Part shown: in pieces, positions 1-8,799 of the stretch
Numbering within the stretch: the first letter of the stretch is position 1
Layout of the letters: every line of letters begins with the position of its first letter
From: Candidatus Shapirobacteria bacterium
GTDB taxonomy: Bacteria > Patescibacteriota > Microgenomatia > UBA12405
DNA: 64,000 nt
Direction of reading: 5' to 3'
Assembly: GCA_022837635.1 (NCBI GenBank)
Contig: JALHFY010000001.1
Location: 454,512-518,511 of the forward strand
Notes under the pieces: model-generated
What the model was told of the DNA's origin: nothing
Seen by the model: only the letters and a program-made list of their open reading frames with translations
Databases searched by the model: none
Position numbers and translations under genes: made by a program

Positions 1-2188
1 TACCGTCGTCGGTTAATTTAGCCAGTTCATTTTCAGAAACATTAGGAATATCTCTAGTTAATTCCTCAGTACCTAATTTAGTTTCAACCACATCAGCTTT
101 GTATTCAAAAATTTGAATATTGGTTAAAACGTCTTGCTTGACTAAACGATCGGAAATTAAGAAAGAATCTTCGTAGCCGAGACCATCAATGGAGGCGTAA
201 GCAACCAGTAAATTTTTACCAAGAGATAATTCACCATGATCAGTGGAGGGACCATCAATAATGACTTGACCTTTTTTGACCTGATCACCAACGTTGACTA
301 AAACCCGTTGATCATAACAGGTACCATAGGGAGAGGTTCTTTCAAATTTATGGACAGGATAGGTAATATCTCCAATAACTACTTTGGTAGCATCGGCAAA
401 AGTGACAGTCCCAGATTTAGTGGCGGTAACACAGCGATTCATAGCAGTAGCCACAGCTTCTTCCATACCAGTACCAACAATTGGAGCTTCAGTAGTAACT
501 AAAGGTACAGCTTGAGTCTGCATGTGAGAACCCATCAGAGCCCGAGTAGCATCATCATGATCAACAAAGGGAATGAGGGAAGCCGAAGCACCAACAATTT
601 CATTGGGAATCATGTCAGTAAATTCAACGGACTCAATAGAAGCTTCCGAGAACTCACCTTGATAACGGACCGGTAACCATTTTTGCTTAATGACATTACC
701 TTCAATCTTAGTACCCAAATGAGTAATATGATAATTAAATTCATCGTCAGCATCCATGTAAACTACCTCATCACTGACCACAAAATCTTTGCCTTTTTTG
801 ACGATTTTTCTGAAAGGAGCTTCGATAAAACCATACTTATTGACATGAGCATAGAGGGCCAAATAGGAGACTAAACCGATATTGGGACCTTCTGGAGATC
901 GAACAGTACAGATACGGCCGTACTGAGAAGAGTGAACGTCACGAATAGAGAAGGCGGCCCGTTCACGGGTCAAACCACCAACACCAACGACAGTCACCCG
1001 ACGAAGTAAATCCAGTTCCGCCAAAGGATTGGTTTGATCCAAAATAGCTGAGAGTTGGTTACTGCGGAAAAAAGTATTAAGGGAAGAAATTAAAGGTTGA
1101 GGGTTGAGCATTTGGCTGGGAGTGGGTTTCTCTTTGGTGGAGACCAAAGACATACGTTCCTTGACCATACGTTCAAAACGGGCCATAGCTGGACGTAAAG
1201 CCACTTGAGAGACAATTTCGCCACAGCGGCGTAAACGACGGTTAGCTAGAGAATCGATATCATCAAATTGCTTGGATTCACCTTTTTGAAGTTTTATCAA
1301 CTGACGGACAGTTTCAATTAAATCTTCATTTCTGATGACCCAATTAGACTTATCATCATCAGCAAAATTAAAGGCAAATTTTTTGTTGATTTTGTAGCGA
1401 CCAACTTGACCTAATTCGTAAGTTTTAAGATCAAAGAAACGATCAGTGAAAAATTTTTGAGCATTCTCTAGAACTACAGGTTCACCAGGGCGGAGTTTAC
1501 GATAGAACTCTAAAATAGCCTCTTCTTGAGTTTTAGTCGGATCGGCAGTGATGGTGGCATTGATAAAATCTCCAAACTCAGCCACTAATTGTTTGTCAGA
1601 AAAGCCACAGGCAGCCCGAAGAACAATAGTGGCAGGAATTTTCTTTTTTCGATCAATTCGGGCAAAAATAACATCTTTTTTACCAACAAAAAATTCCAGC
1701 CAGGAACCGCGAACGGGACGAATCTCCGCATTACAAAGAGTTTTACCGGTAGCAGGGTCAACTTCACCGGTAAAATAAACACCTGGAGAACGAACTAACT
1801 GGTTGATGACTCCCCTTTCGATACCATTGATGATAAAGGTAGCGTCCTCAGTCATGGTGGGTAAATTGAGCATGAAGACATCTTCTTCACGAGTAAGGCC
1901 GGTTCTTTTGTTGGTTAGTTTAACTTTGGCATAAACAGGAATACTATAATTTAAGCCCTTAACTTTAGCTACTTTGGGAGTTAAAACTTGTTTGTCAAAA
2001 AAGAGTTCACCAATTTCTAATAACCAGTTATTACCGGTATAGTCAGAAATAGGTGAAATAGAAGTCAGAGTTTCAGCCAGGTCGTGTTTGAGGAATTTGT
2101 CCCAGGATTCTTTTTGAACTCTTAAAAGATCCAGGTCGGGGATGTTGGGGTATTTTTTGCCCCAGTTGATTCTTTTAGCGGAAGGCAT
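1..2188 (-). CDS. rpoB: DNA-directed RNA polymerase subunit beta, N-terminal and central part (partial, runs off the window start)
   Basis: Reverse-strand translation from the ATG at 2186-2188 gives MPSAKRINWGKKYPNIPDLDLLRVQKESWDKF...ATFIINGIERGVINQLVRSPGVYF. Further in, ...GELSLGKNLLVAYASIDGLGYEDS matches RpoB motifs. No stop in the window, so absent from the ORF track. Confidence 0.9.
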   Translation of the reverse strand, partial: MPSAKRINWGKKYPNIPDLDLLRVQKESWDKFLKHDLAETLTSISPISDYTGNNWLLEIGELFFDKQVLTPKVAKVKGLNYSIPVYAKVKLTNKRTGLTREEDVFMLNLPTMTEDATFIINGIERGVINQLVRSPGVYFTGEVDPATGKTLCNAEIRPVRGSWLEFFVGKKDVIFARIDRKKKIPATIVLRAACGFSDKQLVAEFGDFINATITADPTKTQEEAILEFYRKLRPGEPVVLENAQKFFTDRFFDLKTYELGQVGRYKINKKFAFNFADDDKSNWVIRNEDLIETVRQLIKLQKGESKQFDDIDSLANRRLRRCGEIVSQVALRPAMARFERMVKERMSLVSTKEKPTPSQMLNPQPLISSLNTFFRSNQLSAILDQTNPLAELDLLRRVTVVGVGGLTRERAAFSIRDVHSSQYGRICTVRSPEGPNIGLVSYLALYAHVNKYGFIEAPFRKIVKKGKDFVVSDEVVYMDADDEFNYHITHLGTKIEGNVIKQKWLPVRYQGEFSEASIESVEFTDMIPNEIVGASASLIPFVDHDDATRALMGSHMQTQAVPLVTTEAPIVGTGMEEAVATAMNRCVTATKSGTVTFADATKVVIGDITYPVHKFERTSPYGTCYDQRVLVNVGDQVKKGQVIIDGPSTDHGELSLGKNLLVAYASIDGLGYEDSFLISDRLVKQDVLTNIQIFEYKADVVETKLGTEELTRDIPNVSENELAKLTDDG

Positions 2189-2291
2189 CGATAAATTTGA
2201 ATTAATATAAAAGCGAGTTATGTACCAACCGCTCGCCAAATGTGGAAATTATATACCCAATTTATAGCTAAAACAAGGGGGAAAATCAAAG

Positions 2292-2990
2292 TTAGTTAGC
2301 CGAAGAGGTGGCGACGTCAATTTGATTATTTTGAGCCGAGTCGGTGGCAGAGCAAGTTTGGGTGGTGCAGACTAGTTCACCATTTTCTTCACAAGTACAG
2401 GTATTGCAGCCATCGTCAGCTTGGATGGTCTGACCTAAAGCATAACTTTGTTCACCAAATTTACAGTGAACCGAATTGGCTGGTACCGGAGTAACCGATA
2501 AAGCTGGGATGGCTTCCTCTTCAATCACAAGCTGATCTGCACTCTGTTGGCCTTGTAAGAAGGAACGGATGACAAAAAAGAGAACGGCCAAAAAGATGAT
2601 TAAAGAGAAGAAAAAGAGATATTTGAAAAAATTACTTTCTTTTTGGGGAGGATTATTGGGAATTTCGGCAGAAATTGGAGTTTCAGAAGGAGGTTGAATA
2701 TCGACAGGAGGAGCAGGTTCTGGTTGAGATGCTAATTCAGGAGACAAAGGAGAATCAGTAGTAGTGGTTGGAACTGGTTCGGGTGGTAATTCGGACGTTG
2801 GAGCAGGATTGGTAGTGGGGGTGGTTTTTGCTTCGGGAGTAACTTCAGGTTGAGATTCAGTTGGAGCAATAGTTGCTGACTCAGGTACTACTTTGGATTC
2901 GGAGGTAATTTCTGCTTCAGTTTCTTTTAGATCCTGAGAATATTTATTTAAGATGTCTTGATAATTGGGGTCAGTGTTAGTGTTGGTCAT
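2292..2990 (-). CDS. Hypothetical bitopic membrane protein: Pro/Thr/Glu-rich N-terminal region, one TM helix, C-terminal Cys-rich (VWC/EGF-like) module
   Basis: Low-complexity PT/PE-rich segment. TM helix YLFFFSLIIFLAVLFFVIRSF. C-terminus is HCKFGEQSYALGQTIQADDGCNTCTCEENGELVCTTQTC with 8 Cys. Confidence 0.5.
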   Translation of the reverse strand: MTNTNTDPNYQDILNKYSQDLKETEAEITSESKVVPESATIAPTESQPEVTPEAKTTPTTNPAPTSELPPEPVPTTTTDSPLSPELASQPEPAPPVDIQPPSETPISAEIPNNPPQKESNFFKYLFFFSLIIFLAVLFFVIRSFLQGQQSADQLVIEEEAIPALSVTPVPANSVHCKFGEQSYALGQTIQADDGCNTCTCEENGELVCTTQTCSATDSAQNNQIDVATSSAN

Positions 2991-3071
2991 AAAATAATAT
3001 TCTCATTTTTCCAAAGATGGTGCAACTCTGAATAAGTGGCGATAAATTATTCTGGCTAGAATACATTTATT

Positions 3072-3100
3072 GACATATTTCTACAATGATTTTATATTGT
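3072..3100 (+). promoter_or_regulatory. Candidate sigma70-like promoter (TTGACA-17nt-TATATT) immediately upstream of the 3105 CDS. Implies a very short or leaderless 5' UTR.
   Basis: ttgacatatttctacaatgattttatattgtaatt followed by ATG at 3105. Confidence 0.3.
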
Positions 3101-3104
3101 AATT

Positions 3105-4973
3105 ATGAGTTCTTTTAGTAGAATAGTGCGAAGAATATTTTTAGTAACGTTACTGTTGATGATGATTAGCCCGGTACCGGCTCAAGCGGTTAATGATTTT
3201 AGTAATGATTTCAGTGTCGTTGGCTTATATCGTTTAGAGTCGGGTGCCTTAACTACGAACAATTCTCCTGTCGTGGGATGCGGTGGTGCCAATTCACTAA
3301 TTAATTCATCAAATTCTGTTACCGCCAATACTTCAGCTAAAGAGGGTAATTATTCTGGATCTTTTGTTCGAGCTAATAGTGCTTATTTATACCAAGATGA
3401 TGCTAATTTATGTTCCCAATTTCCCGGTAAGTCGGGCACCAGTAACACCAGCTTCGCCATCTCAATGTGGTTTAAACTTAACTCCCTACCTTATCCAAGC
3501 GTTTACACATTAATATCAAAGGGTAGTCCTGGACAAAGATCATTCCTTTTAAGATATGACGGTGACGGCTTAGTCATGTATATCGGATCTGAGAATCGTA
3601 ATATCGGTTCAGTTGCTCTTTCTACAGATAATTGGTATCACTTGGGTTTGAGTTACAATGCTTCAAACAAATCTTTGATTAGCAAGCTGGTTCAAGAAGA
3701 TGGCACGGTCATAGCGAACGCGTCTATAACATATAATACGACTATGTCTCCACAGACTGGACCCTTTGCCATTGGCTCAGCCTATAATGGTGTTTCATTT
3801 AATGATTTTTTTGATGGTTTGATGGATGAGGTGGTGATTTTCAATACACCCAAAACCATCGCGGATTTTGATAATATCCGCAAGGGAAACTACGTGGCAC
3901 TTAATCCTCCCACACTTTCCAGTCCCATTAATGGGTCTAGCTCTGTGGCTACGGATACCGATTTAAGCTGGACTGACACCAACACCGACCCCAATGAAAC
4001 CGGTTATTCTGTTTGTATTGGCACTTCAAATACCTCTCCTCCGGCCAATTGTACTACCACTGCGGTTGGTACCACTTCAGTGTCAGCAGCTACAGCTTTG
4101 GGTTCCGCATTGAGTGAGGGGGCCACATATTATTGGACTGTTAGAGCATTGGGAGACAATTCGATTATTGCTGACAGTTCTTATGCCGACAATTACAGCT
4201 TTTCTACTACCGCACCACCAACTCCGACTCCGACTCCTACCCCAACCCCGACGCCAACCCCGACTCCCACTCCCACTCCTACACCAACTCCGACACCAAC
4301 TCCAGTTCCACCAACCTCAACTCCCACTCCGACGCCGACACCAACTCCGACTCCTATGCCTACCTCAACTCCGACACCCATGCCAACTTCAACCCCAACT
4401 CCGACTCCGACCCAAGCTCCAGTTCATCAGCCTGTAAGTGTGTCTTCACCGCCAAGTTACAGTAGTTTTACCTGTACTGATGCCAGACCTTTGTTTAAGT
4501 CTGATTTATTTCAAATAAATACTACCTATAATTCAGCCAAACTGTTCTTTACTCCACTGGCTGATACCAATCAATATTTCATTAGTTTTTCCACTAATCC
4601 CGATGCTGAGAAACATGGAGAACAAGTTACTCTTCTTAGAGAGGGAGTTCAAAGTCATAGTATTTATTTCTTAAAACCAAATACCACTTACTATGTTAAA
4701 GTCAGGGGTCAAAATGGCTGTGCCACCGGAGATTGGAGTAATATTATGAAATTTAAGACTAATCATCAGGTTTATTACAAAAATTTCCCCGCAGTCAGTG
4801 TCAATACCTCATTGTCTAATTTAGTGACCAAACAACCAAAAATATCGTCCACGACTAAGACTACTCCAACACCCACTGTAGTTGCTCCAAAAGCTACTGC
4901 TGTTCCCACCGCTCCACCACCAATTAAAGATCAGCCGAAACCCAAGAAGTGTTTCCTTTGGTGGTGTTGGTAG
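3105..4973 (+). CDS. Secreted surface protein: signal peptide, LamG/concanavalin-like jelly-roll domain, FN3-like region, long (PT)n linker, C-terminal domain ending in a Lys/Pro-rich stretch then CFLWWCW
   Basis: N-terminal [28 protein letters not shown]. LamG-like ...[13 protein letters not shown]. About 70 residues of PTPTPT. Terminal [11 protein letters not shown]. Confidence 0.7.
   Translation: MSSFSRIVRRIFLVTLLLMMISPVPAQAVNDFSNDFSVVGLYRLESGALTTNNSPVVGCGGANSLINSSNSVTANTSAKEGNYSGSFVRANSAYLYQDDANLCSQFPGKSGTSNTSFAISMWFKLNSLPYPSVYTLISKGSPGQRSFLLRYDGDGLVMYIGSENRNIGSVALSTDNWYHLGLSYNASNKSLISKLVQEDGTVIANASITYNTTMSPQTGPFAIGSAYNGVSFNDFFDGLMDEVVIFNTPKTIADFDNIRKGNYVALNPPTLSSPINGSSSVATDTDLSWTDTNTDPNETGYSVCIGTSNTSPPANCTTTAVGTTSVSAATALGSALSEGATYYWTVRALGDNSIIADSSYADNYSFSTTAPPTPTPTPTPTPTPTPTPTPTPTPTPTPTPVPPTSTPTPTPTPTPTPMPTSTPTPMPTSTPTPTPTQAPVHQPVSVSSPPSYSSFTCTDARPLFKSDLFQINTTYNSAKLFFTPLADTNQYFISFSTNPDAEKHGEQVTLLREGVQSHSIYFLKPNTTYYVKVRGQNGCATGDWSNIMKFKTNHQVYYKNFPAVSVNTSLSNLVTKQPKISSTTKTTPTPTVVAPKATAVPTAPPPIKDQPKPKKCFLWWCW
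4207..4413 (+). repeat. Hexanucleotide-type tandem repeat (ccNacN)n encoding the (Pro-Thr)n linker
   Basis: actccgactccgactcctaccccaaccccgacgccaacccc... Near-perfect 6-nt periodicity over about 200 nt. Explains spurious ORFs 4114..4437(+) and 4193..4381(-). Confidence 0.85.
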
Positions 4974-5038
4974 ATATTTTGGCTTTATTGCTGACAAATT
5001 CTTGATAATTGGAATTACAGAGATTATGATTTTCTTAT

Positions 5039-5518
5039 ATGCTTAAGAAGATATTATTGGTAGGAGTAGTCGTAAGTTTATTAATGTCACCGAAGGTTTG
5101 GGCAGGTACTTTTAACCTAAAATCAATCAGTGGAGTCGACACTAGTGGTAAACAATTGTCACATTGGTGGTACACAGACAATAGAGCGGTATTTTCAGGA
5201 GAAGCGGTAGCTGGAAGTAGTGTGGAAGTTGAGGTAGATGGTCAAACCAGTAGTACTACTGCCGATGGTGAGGGTAATTGGAGTGCGACAATAGATTTAA
5301 GCGAAGGTGATCATACAGTGAAATTAAGCAGTGGCGGGTCAACGATTAACTTTACCCTAACTACAGGGACAAACAATGTTGATTGGGAAGCAGTGGAAGC
5401 AGGAGAGGGAGAAGCCTTGCCAGCAGCCGGTAATACTTGGCCAGGAATAATTTTGTTGATAGGTGGTTTAGTGGGAATTATGATCGGTGGTAAAATGTGG
5501 CGTGTTTGTAAAGCCTAA
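5039..5518 (+). CDS. Small secreted protein with a C-terminal cell-wall sorting signal. Candidate sortase substrate.
   Basis: Signal peptide MLKKILLVGVVVSLLMSPKVWA. C-terminus ...EALPAAGNTWPGIILLIGGLVGIMIGGKMWRVCKA, i.e. LPxxG-type motif, then hydrophobic helix, then basic tail. Confidence 0.5.
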   Translation: MLKKILLVGVVVSLLMSPKVWAGTFNLKSISGVDTSGKQLSHWWYTDNRAVFSGEAVAGSSVEVEVDGQTSSTTADGEGNWSATIDLSEGDHTVKLSSGGSTINFTLTTGTNNVDWEAVEAGEGEALPAAGNTWPGIILLIGGLVGIMIGGKMWRVCKA

Positions 5519-6575
5519 AAAAATCTATCTCAAAACCTTTGGTTGTGCTCAAAATGAGTCTGATTCGGAGCGGATTAAAGCCTTTTACAGCGATAAAGGC
5601 AGTGTGTTTGTCAATGATTGGAAAGAAGCTGAGACAGTGATTATCAACAGTTGTGTAGTCAGAGAATCGGCGGAGAATCGGGTTTACGGATTGATAAATG
5701 AAATAAGAAAATGGGAGTCTGCTTCCGTTAAAACTACAGCGAAAGGAAGAAAAATAATTTTAACTGGGTGTTTAGTACCGATTTCTAAAAAGAAGATTAA
5801 AGGAGTGGATGAAATGTGTCCGGTTAAAGAAATTGGTTTTGATTGGGAACCAGTCAGAAACAAAAACAAAGCGGCTTTGATTACTATCAGTAGCGGTTGT
5901 AATAACTTTTGCAGTTATTGTATAGTCCCCTACTCTCGAGGCCGGGAAATTTCTCGAAGTATGACCGAAATTTTGGCAGAAATTGATCAAGCGATAGACA
6001 GAGGTTTTGAAGAAGTCATGCTGATTGGACAAAATGTAAATTCATATGGAGCTGAGGGTGAGACGGTGGTAAATATGGGAAAAAAGAGAATTAAAAGCGC
6101 TTTTCCGAAACTTTTAGAAGAGGTAGCCAAAAAACCTCTTAAAAAAATCTCTTTTGTGAGCAGTAATCCGTGGGATTTTTCAGATGAATTGATAGAAGTA
6201 ATTGCCAAATATCCCAATATTGATCGTCTATTACATCTTCCTTTTCAATCAGGTGATGATAAAATTTTGCGAAAAATGAACCGAGGTTATACTCAAAAAA
6301 AATATTTGGAACTGGTGAAGAAAATCAAAAAAAAGGTGGATGGGGTGAGGTTCTCTACCGATATTATTATCGGTTTTCCAGGAGAAGATGAAAAAGCTTT
6401 TGAAAATACAGTCAAAGTTTGTCGAGAAGTGGGTTTTGAAATTGCCTATATTAATAAATACTCACCGCGAAGAGGGACAGTTTCAGCCAAACTTTATCCA
6501 GATGATGTGCCTATGGCTGAGAAAAAAAGACGTTGGAAAATTTTGAATGATTTAGTGAATAAGAAATTATCTTAA
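5487..6575 (+). CDS. Radical-SAM methylthiotransferase, MiaB/RimO family (short form, no obvious TRAM domain)
   Basis: KKIYLKTFGCAQNESDSERI (MTTase N-domain). CNNFCSYCIVPYSRGRE (CxxxCxxC radical-SAM cluster motif). Confidence 0.8.
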   Translation: MVKCGVFVKPKKIYLKTFGCAQNESDSERIKAFYSDKGSVFVNDWKEAETVIINSCVVRESAENRVYGLINEIRKWESASVKTTAKGRKIILTGCLVPISKKKIKGVDEMCPVKEIGFDWEPVRNKNKAALITISSGCNNFCSYCIVPYSRGREISRSMTEILAEIDQAIDRGFEEVMLIGQNVNSYGAEGETVVNMGKKRIKSAFPKLLEEVAKKPLKKISFVSSNPWDFSDELIEVIAKYPNIDRLLHLPFQSGDDKILRKMNRGYTQKKYLELVKKIKKKVDGVRFSTDIIIGFPGEDEKAFENTVKVCREVGFEIAYINKYSPRRGTVSAKLYPDDVPMAEKKRRWKILNDLVNKKLS

Positions 6576-7493
6576 ATACTTTTGGACGTTGGTATTGTGT
6601 TCGTCGAGAGTGGTGGCATAGTAGATTTGTCCAGTTCTGTCGTGAATGTAATAGAGATAATCGGTGTTTTTAGGATGATAAGCAGCTATGAGAGAATCTA
6701 AACCGGGATTGCAGATGGGTCGAGGAGGGAGACCGAGATATTTGTAAGTATTAAAAGGAGAATCAAGTTGGAGATCGGCTTTGGAAATAGGTTGCCAATA
6801 TTTTTCTGGATTAGTTAGGGAATCCTTAGCATACTGAACACTGGCATCAATCTGTAAAAGCATATTTTTATCTAAACGATTGAGTATCACTCCGGCAATA
6901 ATCTTTTTTTCGGACAAAGAGCGGCCTTCGCGCTCCAATAGTGAGGCCAAAATTAAAGTTTCATCAGCACTTAAAGTGGAAGTGGAATCAGTGGAAGCTT
7001 GGGCTAATTTTTTAGTAAAATTTTTACTGATTAAATCCAGGATTTCTTGAGAAGTGAAATAAGTGGGTAAAAGATAACTGTCGGGAAAAAGTTTACCTTC
7101 TGAGGTAAAAGCCAATTGAGTAAATTCGGGACTGGGAGTAAATTCTTCAAGACGTTGACCGGGGATGATTTTGAACCAGTAATCAGTGGAACCGCCGTGG
7201 GCTAAAGTATCGATAATTTCAGGAATTTTTTGGGAAGATTGTAAATAAAAGTTGCCAGCCCTAAGTTGAGTATCAAGCTTCAAATATCGACTATAAAGAC
7301 GAAAAATATAACGGTTTTTAATCAGGCCATTTTTTTCAAGTCGAATAGCGACTGAAGCCACAGTTTCACCTGGGTTGACAGTAAAAGCTTTTTTGTCTTG
7401 ATTAGTGCTAGCAGGTTGAGAAGCGTAAACAAAAAAGGCCAAGGAAAAGGTGACTAAGATAACTAAGAGGAAAAATACCAGTTTTTTCATCAA
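6567..7493 (-). CDS. mltG: Endolytic murein transglycosylase MltG (YceG-like)
   Basis: N-terminal TM anchor. FTVNPGETVASVAIRLEKNGLIKNRYIFRLYSRY...LRAGNFYL...LLEREGR are characteristic of the YceG/MltG family. Confidence 0.8.
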   Translation of the reverse strand: MMKKLVFFLLVILVTFSLAFFVYASQPASTNQDKKAFTVNPGETVASVAIRLEKNGLIKNRYIFRLYSRYLKLDTQLRAGNFYLQSSQKIPEIIDTLAHGGSTDYWFKIIPGQRLEEFTPSPEFTQLAFTSEGKLFPDSYLLPTYFTSQEILDLISKNFTKKLAQASTDSTSTLSADETLILASLLEREGRSLSEKKIIAGVILNRLDKNMLLQIDASVQYAKDSLTNPEKYWQPISKADLQLDSPFNTYKYLGLPPRPICNPGLDSLIAAYHPKNTDYLYYIHDRTGQIYYATTLDEHNTNVQKYLR

Positions 7494-7687
7494 ATTTCAT
7501 CAAAAAGAGCTCGGCGATAAGTATCTTTTTTGGTATCGTGAATAAATATCCGACCACAGCGACAAGTGACAGTAACTTGATTGCGGACTAATTTACGGGA
7601 ACCGCGTTTGAGCTCCTCACCACAACCGCCACAACGGCCTTGTGAAATTAACCAAGCTTGAATGGGAGCAATTAGTGATTTAATCAT
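7490..7687 (-). CDS. Small zinc-ribbon protein (CGGCG...CRCG), function unknown
   Basis: 65 aa. Contains CGGCGEELKRG...VTVTCRCGRIF. Translationally coupled between ruvX and mltG. Confidence 0.4.
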   Translation of the reverse strand: MIKSLIAPIQAWLISQGRCGGCGEELKRGSRKLVRNQVTVTCRCGRIFIHDTKKDTYRRALFDEI

Positions 7688-7696
7688 GTTTTGATA

Positions 7697-8068
7697 TTAA
7701 TTTATAACCCGATTCAGGATGATGGCAGCAGCCATAGAATCGATGTGTCGGGAATGTTTTTTGGCTGAATAGAGATTTTTCTTAAACAGGTCTTCAGCCT
7801 CAAGAGTGCTAACCGCCTCTTCGACACTCTCTACAGGTAATTTTACCATGAGAGCCAGTTGGTCAATAAATTTTTGAGTTAGCTTAGCTATTTTACCTTC
7901 AGAGATACCGATATAAATTTTACCAATATGATGGTCTTTTATTATAGTTAGTAAATTATTAAAGAGGTGTTGATCATTTTGAAGAGGAGGCAGGGTAAAA
8001 ATAATCCCCTGTTGGCTATAAGCTAAACCAATTCTTTTAGTACCAAAATCAATGCCTAGATAATTCAT
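7697..8068 (-). CDS. ruvX: Putative pre-16S rRNA nuclease / Holliday-junction resolvase-like YqgF (RuvX)
   Basis: MNYLGIDFGTKRIGLAYSQ... RNase H-like fold N-terminus typical of YqgF/RuvX. About 123 aa. Confidence 0.85.
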   Translation of the reverse strand: MNYLGIDFGTKRIGLAYSQQGIIFTLPPLQNDQHLFNNLLTIIKDHHIGKIYIGISEGKIAKLTQKFIDQLALMVKLPVESVEEAVSTLEAEDLFKKNLYSAKKHSRHIDSMAAAIILNRVIN

Positions 8069-8799
8069 GGGTTGTCGGCAATTTGCGCTTTAACTACTAG
8101 GCGGCGCAAATAAGTACCCGGAGGAGAACAAGTAATTAAAGTCAGGTAACGACCATCAAAACGCTGTTCTAAAACAGAAAGATCGGTAGGCTGGACTTCA
8201 TACATTTCCGAAACTAAATATTTATAACGAACACGGTCATAGTCGACTATAATTTCATCACCTTGTTTAAGTTTATGAAGAGTCGAAAAGATGGTCACAT
8301 AAGATTTAGGATTAAAAAACTGGGGTAAAACAGAGTGACCGAAGATGACCGGAGAACCAAATTGACCAGGCATGGCAGTTTTAGGATATTGAATCAGACT
8401 TTTTTTAAGATCTTCACTACCTAAAACAACTTCAGCGGAATCTATTTTAAGTTTAGGAATAGAAAGACTATAAGAAGCATAGGAGAATGAAGGATTATTA
8501 ACAGTTTTATTGGGGGAGGAATCAGAAGTAGAGATAAACCAATTGGAGAGATTAGTTAAATCAGGAGAATTATCGACAGCTGCTGCTGGATTGTAAAATT
8601 GAGAAGAAAGAGGATTTAGAAGTTGATTAAACTGAGGAGAGTAACCTAACTGAAAATGAAGAATCGGAAAAAGTACTGATAAAAATAGACCAATACCGCC
8701 AATAAAAAGCAAGCTAGCTAACAACCGGCGTTGTTTTTGGCTAAGTTTCTTTTTCAAAGCTGGAGGCTTTGGAGATGATTTAACGTAAAGATAAGCCAT
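8065..8799 (-). CDS. Sortase family transpeptidase (membrane-anchored)
   Basis: N-terminal TM LLASLLFIGGIGLFLSVLF. Catalytic signature ...VIFGHSV... (His), LTLITCSPPGT (TLxTC Cys), YLRRLVV (Arg). Confidence 0.75.
   Translation of the reverse strand: MAYLYVKSSPKPPALKKKLSQKQRRLLASLLFIGGIGLFLSVLFPILHFQLGYSPQFNQLLNPLSSQFYNPAAAVDNSPDLTNLSNWFISTSDSSPNKTVNNPSFSYASYSLSIPKLKIDSAEVVLGSEDLKKSLIQYPKTAMPGQFGSPVIFGHSVLPQFFNPKSYVTIFSTLHKLKQGDEIIVDYDRVRYKYLVSEMYEVQPTDLSVLEQRFDGRYLTLITCSPPGTYLRRLVVKAQIADNP

Noticed and set aside
1548-1798. Small ORFs 1548..1778(+), 1585..1782(-), 1589..1798(+)
   Set aside because: Lie inside the rpoB coding region in other frames. rpoB has no stop in the window, so it is missing from the track.
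4207-4413. Possible CRISPR-like periodic array
   Set aside because: Periodicity is 6 nt and lies in-frame within a coding sequence. There are no 25-40 nt repeats separated by unique spacers and no cas genes. It is a coding microsatellite.
4114-4437. ORFs 4114..4437(+) and 4193..4381(-) encoding Leu/Arg/Gln-rich or Gly/Val-rich peptides
   Set aside because: Alternative-frame and antisense readings of the (PT)n hexanucleotide repeat inside the 3105..4973 gene. Low-complexity artefacts, not genes.
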